Of a stretch of DNA of 64,000 nucleotides, positions 1 through 8,397 are shown piece after piece (the stretch's first letter is position 1; each line of letters starts with the position of its first letter). The stretch comes from a candidate division FCPU426 bacterium. GTDB lineage: Bacteria; Oederibacteriota; Muellerivitia; Muellerivitales; Muellerivitaceae. The stretch spans positions 32,001 through 96,000 of the forward strand of contig CAVYSE010000007.1 in assembly GCA_963771075.1 (NCBI GenBank), read 5' to 3'. The position numbers and the translations under genes are program-made. The notes below the pieces were generated by a model. That model worked only from the letters and a program-made list of their open reading frames with translations. It searched no databases and had not been told where the DNA came from.

Positions 1-1
1 C

Positions 2-547
2 GCATCAAAACTAATGAGCATTCGCCAACAGGAAAACGCCCTTTTGACCCAGGAAAGAGCCAAATTAACGTCTTTGGCTCAGCAAACCTTAAAAGCTTTA
101 TTAGGGGAAGGCTCATCTAACACAGCAGCTGCTGCGGTGACTGTGTCAACACCGGTCGAGAGCCAAGGCAATACCCAGTATCCGCAAACGGGGGGGGTAC
201 CATCTTTGGGGTTCCCCACCTTGACGCCTGATCAGCCTTTGAACGCTCATTTTGACAAAAATGACCAAGGCGATGAAATCGTTGCGGTGAGTTATAAATC
301 CCAACAAAGTTATGTGCCTTATCTTTATCAAGAAGCCGCAGATGTCATTAAAACAACGGTCAATTCTGTAGGAACTGGTTTAAAAGAAATTTCTACTCGT
401 GTATATTATGGGAAAAATGAACTGGATTTGGTGACGTCGACTCAAGCCGCCGCCAACTACGCTTCGGGCAAGATAAGCCAATTGCAGCTGATGCAGTTGT
501 CGGATATCCACATTAACGGTGTGAAGGTGGGGCCGAATGGTTATTAG
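2..547 (+). CDS. Hypothetical protein, probably 5'-truncated by the window edge
   Basis: ORF 14..547 stays open back to position 2 and overlaps the next gene's start; no recognisable motif. Confidence 0.6.
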   Translation, partial: ASKLMSIRQQENALLTQERAKLTSLAQQTLKALLGEGSSNTAAAAVTVSTPVESQGNTQYPQTGGVPSLGFPTLTPDQPLNAHFDKNDQGDEIVAVSYKSQQSYVPYLYQEAADVIKTTVNSVGTGLKEISTRVYYGKNELDLVTSTQAAANYASGKISQLQLMQLSDIHINGVKVGPNGY

Positions 548-2105
548 GTTTTGCGCATTATTCTTATTATTATTTTCAAGTTTTGTTCGAACGGCTCAAG
601 CCGGAGCATTTGATAAGGGCGGTATTACAGGGGATGGGGCGAGAGCGGAAGGCATGGGAGGGGCGTTCGCTAGTGTGGCGGATTCCTCGGATGCCGTATA
701 TTACAATCCTGCCGGTTTGGTTCAGGTTTTGCGCCCGGAAATTTCAGGTTTGGGTTCAGTTCTATTAAACGGGTTAGAAGATCTTTTCGTTTTTACTTAT
801 GTTCAGCCTTTTGGCGATCAAATGGCCTGGGCCATTTCTACTCAACAGTTGCTTTTCTCCGATGGTAATGAGAACGATCGTATTTATATTGGGAGCTTTG
901 CAGCGCCTTTGGCGATTGATAAATCCATTTCTTTTGGGATTAATGCTAAATATTATGGCGTAGATTCCCCTTCTCAACCCGATTTTCAGGCAAGCGGTTT
1001 TGGCTTGGATATGGGTTTTCTATACCACCTTCCCATTTATGACCCGCGCTATGGAAAAGAAATTAACATTGGTTTATGCGCGCAAGACTTGGACACGAGT
1101 ATTCAATGGCAAAAGGGTAATACTGACCCTATTGCCCTTTCAGTTAAGGGCGGGTTTAGTTATGAGTTTACGGATGATTTGGAAACTTCCTGGGAATTTG
1201 AAACAATCAACGATCCAACCGTAGGGCAACATACCTTGTTGCATGCAGGCATTGAGGGTTGGTTTTTCTCAGATCAATTGGGGCTTCGGACAGGCTATTC
1301 TGATTTTATGACCGAGTCAGGTCAATTCACCGCAGGTATAAGTTACCGTTCCCGTACCTGGGGGATTGATTACGCCTATATAGGTCATCCCGAGTATTTG
1401 GGGTCTTCTCATCGTATTGAAGCCAGCTGGAGATTTGGCGATTCGTTTTTGGGTAAAGTGAAGAGTTTTATACCCGAGGGTGTAACATCCTACGTGGATG
1501 GGGATATTATTACGCTTCGTTGGATTAATTCTCCTTCCATTTCATTAGCTGGTTACAACGTCTATTTTTCCAAAGTAACGGGGAGTGGTTACGTGAAAAT
1601 CAACCAGAACCCCATTAAGGCCAATTATTATTCCTTGCGGGGATTGGAGAAAAACACCCGATACTATTTCGTTGTAACTTCTTTGACAAATACCATTCCC
1701 CCGGTCGAAAGCCAATATTCCAGGGAGGTTGTTGCGGGGACCACTTCTGCTCCAGGAGCTCCTGTAGTGGTTCAAAGTGAGCTTCAAAACGAAGGAGTTA
1801 TTGACATTGCCCGACAAGCCGGAATGGGTGGGTTCCCTGATCCTAGTAAAAACGGTTTAAGGGGCTATAATATCTACGTTTCTGAGGTCTCGGGAGGTCG
1901 ATTCGATAAGGTGAATGCCCAACCCATTGCGAATGTTCCTACCTACTTGGTCCGGAAATTGAAGGTTGGTCAGCGTTATTTCTTCTCGTTTACCTCGGTT
2001 GGGTCGGATGGGACGGAAAGTGCTAAATCCCGTGAAGTTTCGGCTGTTGCCTTACCTTATACCAGTATTTCGCAACCACTCTCAACGACTTCCACTCCTC
2101 GTTGA
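537..2105 (+). CDS. PorV/PorQ-like (UPF0164-type) outer-membrane beta-barrel fused to two C-terminal fibronectin type III-like domains
   Basis: Signal peptide; N-terminal GARAEGMGGAFASVADSSDAVYYNPAGL motif; barrel end IDYAY...SSHRIEASWRF; two FN3-like repeats (LAGYNVY...GLEKNTRYYFVVT; LRGYNIY...LKVGQRYFFSFT). Confidence 0.8.
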   Translation: MVIRFCALFLLLFSSFVRTAQAGAFDKGGITGDGARAEGMGGAFASVADSSDAVYYNPAGLVQVLRPEISGLGSVLLNGLEDLFVFTYVQPFGDQMAWAISTQQLLFSDGNENDRIYIGSFAAPLAIDKSISFGINAKYYGVDSPSQPDFQASGFGLDMGFLYHLPIYDPRYGKEINIGLCAQDLDTSIQWQKGNTDPIALSVKGGFSYEFTDDLETSWEFETINDPTVGQHTLLHAGIEGWFFSDQLGLRTGYSDFMTESGQFTAGISYRSRTWGIDYAYIGHPEYLGSSHRIEASWRFGDSFLGKVKSFIPEGVTSYVDGDIITLRWINSPSISLAGYNVYFSKVTGSGYVKINQNPIKANYYSLRGLEKNTRYYFVVTSLTNTIPPVESQYSREVVAGTTSAPGAPVVVQSELQNEGVIDIARQAGMGGFPDPSKNGLRGYNIYVSEVSGGRFDKVNAQPIANVPTYLVRKLKVGQRYFFSFTSVGSDGTESAKSREVSAVALPYTSISQPLSTTSTPR

Positions 2106-2125
2106 GATGAAAATGGAGATGATCT

Positions 2126-2911
2126 TTGCCTAGTGGCCTTTATATCGCTGCTTCTGGGATGAACTCGGATATTGTCCGTCAAGACGTTATAGCCAATAAT
2201 TTGGCGAACGTAAGCACGGTGGGTTTTAAGCAAAATCGCTCCGTGGATGTGGCTTTCCCTACATACCTAATCGCACGGCTTCATGATCAAAAGCTGAAGG
2301 TTATGGATGGCACTGCTGAACTTCGCCCCTCTATTGGTTTCATGGGTGGAGGTGTTATTCCCCAATCAAATGCAACGGACTACGCTCAAGGAGCACACCT
2401 GGAAACAAAAAGTCCGTTGGATTTCGCCTTGAATGGTCCTGGCTTTTTTGCTGTTCAGGGTGCCAATGGAAAAACTTATTTGACTCGGGATGGAAATTTT
2501 AATTTGGATGCCAATGGTAAAATTGTCACCAAAGAAGGTTTGACCGTCTTGGGGCATAACGGGGAAATTTTTGTAGATGGCAATCAATTGACCTCCGACC
2601 AGGAGGGAAACCTTACGGTGGATGGTAAGGCCTTGGACCAGCTTTTAACCGTGAAAGTCCAAGACGAAAACAACATGACCAAATTCGGCCATTCATTATT
2701 TCAAATCGGCCCTAAAAACAAAGTAGAACTCATGCCGAATGACGTTCAAGTGCAGCAGGGGTTTTTGGAGCAGTCCAACGTGAGTTCGGTCACGGAAATG
2801 GTAAATATGATCGATACCTATCGGTCTTATGAGCTGAATTCCAGGATCATCGCCTCCTATGATCATTTAATGGGCGAGGCTGCCTCGCAAATTGGTTCGC
2901 TTCACGTTTAA
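2126..2911 (+). CDS. flgF: Flagellar basal-body rod protein FlgF
   Basis: GLYIAASGM...DVIANNLANVSTVGFK N-terminus, TRDGNF, LEQSNVSSVTEMV C-terminus; position upstream of flgG; TTG start after GGAG. Confidence 0.85.
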   Translation: MPSGLYIAASGMNSDIVRQDVIANNLANVSTVGFKQNRSVDVAFPTYLIARLHDQKLKVMDGTAELRPSIGFMGGGVIPQSNATDYAQGAHLETKSPLDFALNGPGFFAVQGANGKTYLTRDGNFNLDANGKIVTKEGLTVLGHNGEIFVDGNQLTSDQEGNLTVDGKALDQLLTVKVQDENNMTKFGHSLFQIGPKNKVELMPNDVQVQQGFLEQSNVSSVTEMVNMIDTYRSYELNSRIIASYDHLMGEAASQIGSLHV

Positions 2912-2932
2912 AAAGGATTTGTAGTGTATTTC

Positions 2933-2984
2933 ACGGCCGGACTGCTATTGCGGAGGCCGTTTTACCGCCGAACGACAGAGGCGG
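2933..2984 (+). ncRNA. Putative cis-regulatory RNA structure in the flgG leader (two hairpins)
   Basis: ACGGCC-GGA-CTGC-tatt-GCGG-A-GGCCGT followed by CCGCC-gaacgacaga-GGCGG; first hairpin has the same architecture as in the flgE leader. Confidence 0.6.
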
Positions 2985-3027
2985 AGGTGTTCTGGCTTCG
3001 CATAGTTAGAAATTAAGGAGGGCTTCC

Positions 3028-3825
3028 ATGATGCAGTCACTTTACACGGCCGCGACAGGCATGGCCGCGCAGCAGCTGAATCTTGATACCATTTCGAACA
3101 ACTTGGCCAACGTCAGCACCACGGGGTTCAAGAAGCAAAGGGTTGATTTTCAGGATCTCCTTTATATCAACCTAAAAACTGCAGGCACTCCGACCTCGCC
3201 CGAGACGAATACCCCCGCTGGTTTGCAAGTCGGAGAGGGCGTACAACCCATCGCAACCCAACGTATCTTTACCGAGGGTTCGGTCCAAAACACCAACAAC
3301 CCCCTTGATATCCTGATTCAGGGAAATGAAAGTTTCTTCCAGGTCACATTGCCTAATGGGGAAACGGCCTATACCCGGGATGGTTCATTTACCCAGGATG
3401 GCAACGGTAATATCGTAACAGCCAATGGATATTTCCTCGATCCGCCCATTCAGCTTCCGGCGGATACGGCTTCAATTCAAATCACGGCCACGGGTCAAAT
3501 CATGGTCCAAACGGGTAATTCCACGACCGCAACTCAGATCGGTCAATTGGAATTAACCCGCTTCGTTAATCCCACGGGATTAACCGCGATTGGGAACAAT
3601 TTGTATTTGGCCACTCCCGCTTCTGGCGAACCTATCCAAGGAACCCCAGGCTCCACTGGTTTTTCCAATGTCCAGCAAGGCTCCCTGGAACAGTCCAACG
3701 TGGATGTTACCGAGGAAATGGTAAATATGATCGTGGCCCAGAGGGCTTACGAGTTAAATTCAAAGGCGGTTTCTACGTCCGATTCAATGCTTTATGATAT
3801 CTCCACCATGAAGCAATTCCCCTGA
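3028..3825 (+). CDS. flgG: Flagellar distal rod protein FlgG
   Basis: SLYTAATGMAAQQLNLDTISNNLANVSTTGFKK, FQDLLY, GLQVGEGV, YTRDGSF, LEQSNVDVTEEMVNMIVAQRAYE; AAGGAGG RBS. Confidence 0.97.
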   Translation: MMQSLYTAATGMAAQQLNLDTISNNLANVSTTGFKKQRVDFQDLLYINLKTAGTPTSPETNTPAGLQVGEGVQPIATQRIFTEGSVQNTNNPLDILIQGNESFFQVTLPNGETAYTRDGSFTQDGNGNIVTANGYFLDPPIQLPADTASIQITATGQIMVQTGNSTTATQIGQLELTRFVNPTGLTAIGNNLYLATPASGEPIQGTPGSTGFSNVQQGSLEQSNVDVTEEMVNMIVAQRAYELNSKAVSTSDSMLYDISTMKQFP

Positions 3826-3840
3826 TGACGAATTAGCGGA

Positions 3841-4818
3841 ATGCGAGGAACTACTTTATCGCTTTTCTTCGTTTTGGGGTTTTACGTCCAAACGCTGTGG
3901 GCTTTGGAAAAACCTTTTACCGTGCGGTTGTTGGATCAGGCGACGGTTGCGGGACCTGATATCACCTTGGGGGATGTGGCCCAACTGGCAGGAGATGAGA
4001 AACCTTTTTTGGATCGCTTGGGCCACATGGTTTTGGAGCAAGCGGCTCCGGTGGGGAGTTCGGTGGTTTTGAATCGTTCTGCGGTCAATTCGGCATTAAG
4101 CCGGGAAGGTTATTCGACGGGTGCTGTGGTTTGGGAGGGAAGTGATGCCTGTCGGGTTTTAACCCAAGTCCAGGATGTATCACCAGACCAGTTATTGGAA
4201 TCGGCAAAATTATTTATCCGGGTCCAAACTGGGGAAGATGCGAAAAATCTGGACATCAAGCTCTTGAGTCCGACCAAAAACATCAAGATGCCCGCGGGAA
4301 AACTGGAAATCCATTTTCGCCCCTCCCTTATCGGCCAATATGAGGGGGTGCAGATATTGACGGCTGAATGTTCGACGGATGGCCATGCCGGCCGGGTTAT
4401 TCCGGTAAGGTTGAACACACAGATCTTTCGGTTGGTGGTGGTGACGAAAAAAGAGGTTCGAAAAGGGGAAAAATTTACTAATGCTAATATTGGGTTTGAT
4501 CGACTACCCAGCGATAAGGTTTCCAAGGGAACGTTACAAAAGCTGGAGGATGTCTTGGGCCGGTCGGCCGGTATGGATCTCAAGGCTGGAACACCGGTCC
4601 GGTTTAGTGAAATCAACGATCCACCGATGATCCATCGGGGTGAAGTGGTTCAAGGGCTGGTGATAACGGGGAACGTCGAGATTTCGGTTTCCGTGAGGGC
4701 CCAAACGGATGGTAGGGCTGGGGAAGAAATTGTGGTTGAGAATACGGACACTCACAAGGTTTTGAGGGCGAAGGTTCTGGATGAAAATAAGGTTCAGATC
4801 GATCAAAAGAAACCTTAG
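3841..4818 (+). CDS. flgA: Flagellar P-ring assembly chaperone FlgA
   Basis: Signal peptide, ITLGDVA, SAF-like region, C-terminal DGRAGEEIVVENTDTHKVLRAKV; between flgG and flgH. Confidence 0.9.
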   Translation: MRGTTLSLFFVLGFYVQTLWALEKPFTVRLLDQATVAGPDITLGDVAQLAGDEKPFLDRLGHMVLEQAAPVGSSVVLNRSAVNSALSREGYSTGAVVWEGSDACRVLTQVQDVSPDQLLESAKLFIRVQTGEDAKNLDIKLLSPTKNIKMPAGKLEIHFRPSLIGQYEGVQILTAECSTDGHAGRVIPVRLNTQIFRLVVVTKKEVRKGEKFTNANIGFDRLPSDKVSKGTLQKLEDVLGRSAGMDLKAGTPVRFSEINDPPMIHRGEVVQGLVITGNVEISVSVRAQTDGRAGEEIVVENTDTHKVLRAKVLDENKVQIDQKKP

Positions 4819-4833
4819 CCGATGGGGGTTGGC

Positions 4834-5457
4834 ATGACAAAAAAAATATTTTTCCTAATCGCCCTTTGGGCAACCGGATGGGGTTTCTGGCCTCACGGTG
4901 CCTATGGGGATTCCATTTATCCGTTGGAAGGGGCCGGCTCCATTTATACCGAAAAAAGAGCTCACCGGGTGGGCGATGTCATTACGGTACTCATCCAGGA
5001 AGACACCCAGGCCAGCCAGGGTGCCAGCAGCCAGAATCAAAAAACAGCAAGTATTGCCTTGGGCGCTGGCACGGGCAATTTGGGCGCCGGTGGATATGGC
5101 TCCAGCCTCTTGAATACCAATAACCAAATTGGCGTGGGTGCCAGTTCCAACCATCAAGGCCAGGGCTCCACCAGCCGGGGGACGACCATTACGGGCCAGA
5201 TGACTGCCAAGATCATGTCCGTTCTTCCTAATGGAAATTTCCAAATCGAGGGAACCCGCTATGTCGAGGTGAATGAGGAAAAACAAACTGTTGAGGTGGT
5301 GGGCGAGATCCGGCCTGACGACATTTCCCGGGATAATACCGTTCCCTCCTCGCGGGTGGCTGACGCCAAGATCAAAATTACGGGGACGGGACCGGCTTCT
5401 GAAACGGCCAAACCCGGTATACTCACACGCGTTTTTAGCTGGCTGGGGCTTTTCTGA
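4834..5457 (+). CDS. flgH: Flagellar L-ring protein FlgH
   Basis: RAHRVGDVITVLIQE, VLPNGNFQIEG, GEIRPDDI, SSRVADAKI motifs; start could also be 4822. Confidence 0.93.
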   Translation: MTKKIFFLIALWATGWGFWPHGAYGDSIYPLEGAGSIYTEKRAHRVGDVITVLIQEDTQASQGASSQNQKTASIALGAGTGNLGAGGYGSSLLNTNNQIGVGASSNHQGQGSTSRGTTITGQMTAKIMSVLPNGNFQIEGTRYVEVNEEKQTVEVVGEIRPDDISRDNTVPSSRVADAKIKITGTGPASETAKPGILTRVFSWLGLF

Positions 5458-5471
5458 GGGGAAGGGAAAAA

Positions 5472-6593
5472 ATGAAAAATAGCGAATCTCCTTTTTTAAA
5501 ATGGGTCATTCTTTCTATGGTTTTCCTGGCCGTTTGGCCGGCTTGGGGTGCCCAGGTGCGCTTAAAGACAATCGCCCAAATCAAGGGGGTGAGAGAAAAC
5601 CAGCTGATCGGATACGGTCTGGTGGTCGGTCTCCAACGCTCGGGTGACACCCAAAGGGTTGTCTCCACCCTTCAAAGTATTACCAATATGCTTTTGCAGT
5701 TCGGGATCAAAATTAATTCGGACCAGATCCGTACACAAAACGTGGCAGCGGTCATGGTAACCGCCCAGTTGCCCGCCCTAGTCAAATCGGGAGATAAGAT
5801 CGACGTGGTTGTTTCCTCGGTTGGCGACGCGCGTAGCCTTCAAGGCGGCAATCTTTTGATGACTCCCCTCCAAGGGCCGGATGGACAGGTTTATGCGGTA
5901 GCCCAGGGTCCTCTTGCGGTCGGCGGGTATTCGGACAATACAGGTGAGTTTCCTCTCATCCAGGTGGATGCTACGACGACCGGGCGTGTACCCAACGGGG
6001 CCATGGTCGAGCGGGAAGTGCCTTCCTCCTTCATCGACAACAACACGGTTTCCATTTTATTGAATAGCCCGGATTTCAGCCAAGCTTCCCTTGTGGCCCA
6101 GGCACTGAACCAGCAATTCGGCGAACCGGTTGCCCGGGCCGTTGACGGCGCCCAGGTGGACGTGAAATTGCCTCCCAATTACCAGGACAACGTGGTGGAT
6201 TTCGTCGCGGCGGTAGAAGAAACACAGGTACAGACCGATTCCGCGGCCAGCCGGGTCGTCGTGAACGAGCGGACCGGAACGGTGGTCTTGGGCCAGGATG
6301 TTCGCATTGACGCGGTGGCCATTGCCCACGGCAATTTGCGGTTGGTGGTCAAAAAGACGACCGAAATTTCCCATGACGCCGTTTTTGGGCATGATGAGCT
6401 GACTCACACCACGACCGTTTCGGCCGAGGACACCGGCAAACAGGGGAACCTGGTGGTGGTGCCCGAGGGCGCCACCTTGTTGGACATCGTCACCGCGGTC
6501 AACGCAGTGGGCGCAACCCCGAGGGATCTCATCTCGATTCTTCAAGCCATCAAAGAATCCGGCGCGCTTCACGCCGACCTGACGATCCTCTAG
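5472..6593 (+). CDS. flgI: Flagellar P-ring protein FlgI
   Basis: GVRENQLIGYGLVVGL, NVAAVMVTA, GDARSLQGG, VVNERTGTVV, DLISILQAIKESGALHADL. Confidence 0.97.
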   Translation: MKNSESPFLKWVILSMVFLAVWPAWGAQVRLKTIAQIKGVRENQLIGYGLVVGLQRSGDTQRVVSTLQSITNMLLQFGIKINSDQIRTQNVAAVMVTAQLPALVKSGDKIDVVVSSVGDARSLQGGNLLMTPLQGPDGQVYAVAQGPLAVGGYSDNTGEFPLIQVDATTTGRVPNGAMVEREVPSSFIDNNTVSILLNSPDFSQASLVAQALNQQFGEPVARAVDGAQVDVKLPPNYQDNVVDFVAAVEETQVQTDSAASRVVVNERTGTVVLGQDVRIDAVAIAHGNLRLVVKKTTEISHDAVFGHDELTHTTTVSAEDTGKQGNLVVVPEGATLLDIVTAVNAVGATPRDLISILQAIKESGALHADLTIL

Positions 6594-6607
6594 GTCCGGA
6601 GGTTCCT

Positions 6608-7069
6608 TTGACCCCTTATGTGACGGCAGTCACCAATTTTCTTCCCTCCCCCCAATCCATTATGGGAACGGGCAGCGAGCCACTATCCACCAGCTCCCAA
6701 TTGGCGGCCCAGACCCTCTTGTCCAATTCCTATTTGTCCCACGCACCCGCCTTTTCAAAACAGGGACAGTTAGATCCATTACGCCCGGTATTCGACTTGA
6801 ATTCCGCCCATGTCCACACGGACGCTCAAATGAAGAAAGTCGCTCAGGATTTCGAGGCGATATTTCTGCGAATGATGCTAAAGGAAATGCGTGATTCCGT
6901 CGAGAAATCGGGACTCATGGGAAACTCCCAGGCCACCGACTTGTTTCAATCGATGCAGGACGAACAAATGGCCAACAAGCTGGCTGGCGCCGGCGGTATC
7001 GGCCTCGGGTCCATGGTTTATCAGCAACTTCAGAAAGATTATTCCGCCCAGCAAAAAACCACCAAGTAA
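6608..7069 (+). CDS. flgJ: Flagellar rod-cap protein FlgJ (rod-binding domain only, no muramidase domain)
   Basis: KVAQDFEAIFLRMMLKEMR...MQDEQMA...GGIGLGSMVYQQL; follows flgI. Confidence 0.88.
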   Translation: MTPYVTAVTNFLPSPQSIMGTGSEPLSTSSQLAAQTLLSNSYLSHAPAFSKQGQLDPLRPVFDLNSAHVHTDAQMKKVAQDFEAIFLRMMLKEMRDSVEKSGLMGNSQATDLFQSMQDEQMANKLAGAGGIGLGSMVYQQLQKDYSAQQKTTK

Positions 7070-7498
7070 ATGAATTGGGCCAACTGCTCCCGTTGCGGCC
7101 AGGCCTACACCCATGTCGAGGGAGGAAGGGATATTTGTCCCGCCTGCGTCCGGGTCGAAGATGACCATTACGGCCTTGTTTTTAGGTACCTATCCACCCG
7201 TCCTTCCGCCACCGCCCAGGAAATAGCCCAGGAAACCGGGGTGGATATCAAGGAAATCTACCGTTACGTCCGCGAAAACCGCCTTCAACTGATCAAGAAC
7301 GATACGGGCTTATTTTGCGAATCATGTGGTATCCCCATTTCCCAAGGAAAAATGTGCGAAAAATGCTTTCAAAAGCTTTCCGCCGATATTCAAAATGACC
7401 TATTGAAAACCAGGGAAAACCTAAAAAAATACCATAAAACCGACGTAGGAAAATTCGTCAAAGACCCTAAATATCTTAAAAAATATAGGGGCGAATAA
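7070..7498 (+). CDS. Flagellar operon protein, YvyF/TIGR03826-like (CxxC zinc ribbons plus HTH)
   Basis: NCSRCG...ICPAC, EIAQETGV HTH, CESCG...CEKC; directly upstream of flgM. Confidence 0.85.
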   Translation: MNWANCSRCGQAYTHVEGGRDICPACVRVEDDHYGLVFRYLSTRPSATAQEIAQETGVDIKEIYRYVRENRLQLIKNDTGLFCESCGIPISQGKMCEKCFQKLSADIQNDLLKTRENLKKYHKTDVGKFVKDPKYLKKYRGE

Positions 7499-7557
7499 AA
7501 GTTGCTCTTTTAAAGGCTTTTGCCCGCCAAAGATTCCCTCGAAAACCCACTTTTTAC

Positions 7558-7584
7558 TCAAGTTTTTCCTTTGGGACCCGTTAG
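7558..7584 (+). promoter_or_regulatory. Sigma28 (FliA)-type promoter for flgM
   Basis: TCAAGTTT-N11-CCCGTTAG versus consensus TAAAGTTT-N11-GCCGATAA; flgM is a canonical sigma28 target. Confidence 0.75.
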
Positions 7585-7612
7585 GTTCTCTAGAAAACCG
7601 AAGGAGTTTCTC

Positions 7613-7900
7613 ATGAAAATCGAAGGATTTCAAAATATCCCGGCCATTCTTCAGTCGTTCCAGAAGTCGGCCCAGCCCGCGCCCAAATCCGAAACGGAAG
7701 CGGGGTCAAGTTCGGTATCGCTCAGTTCTTTCGGAGAGGTACTCCAATCCTTACAGCGTCAGTCGGCGCAAATCGCGCAAGGCCGCGCGGGGAAAGTGGA
7801 TCAGCTGGCTCAACAGGTCCAGTCCGGTCAATACCAGGTTGATCTCAACAAGCTCGCCTCCAAGATCGTCGAAGCCAACATCATCGATTTCAAGGGATAA
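7613..7900 (+). CDS. flgM: Anti-sigma28 factor FlgM
   Basis: MKIEG start after AAGGAG; SVSLS and RAGKVDQLAQQVQSGQYQVD...LASKI C-terminal motif. Confidence 0.9.
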   Translation: MKIEGFQNIPAILQSFQKSAQPAPKSETEAGSSSVSLSSFGEVLQSLQRQSAQIAQGRAGKVDQLAQQVQSGQYQVDLNKLASKIVEANIIDFKG

Positions 7901-7902
7901 CC

Positions 7903-8388
7903 GTGAACGATCTGGTTCTAAAACTGGTGGATGAATTGAAAAGGGAAAGGGGCTGTTACCAGCGCCTGGCATCCCTGGCGGCGGAGCAAAAACAATTCTT
8001 GATCGCGGGGGACCTGCAAAAGCTGGGTGTCAATTTGAAAAAGCAGGAAAAAGAAGTGTTCGCCCTTTCCCCCTTGCTGGGTGAGCGCAATGACCTGATC
8101 GCGGCGCTGGGTAAGGAACTTCGACTTTCCAACCCGACCCTGGAGCAAATCGTGAAGAAGGCACCCATCGAGGTCGTGGAAGAACTGAAGAAGGCAGTGA
8201 TCGAGTTGGTGCAATCGGCGAGGGAACTGGAAAGCATCAATAAAGGCAACGAGAAGCTGGCCCATAACGCGCTGTCCCTGGCGGACGTGACGCTCAAGGC
8301 GTTGGTGGGAAAAGGCCGTACCCAGGCAACCGCCCCTTCCGCCAAACCGGCGGGGCAGGGCTCGTCGTTCGTCAACCGCGTCGTTTAG
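7903..8388 (+). CDS. flgN: Flagellar export chaperone FlgN
   Basis: Helical protein, LESINKGNEKL motif, between flgM and flgK. Confidence 0.8.
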   Translation: MNDLVLKLVDELKRERGCYQRLASLAAEQKQFLIAGDLQKLGVNLKKQEKEVFALSPLLGERNDLIAALGKELRLSNPTLEQIVKKAPIEVVEELKKAVIELVQSARELESINKGNEKLAHNALSLADVTLKALVGKGRTQATAPSAKPAGQGSSFVNRVV

Positions 8389-8397
8389 GAGGCTTAC

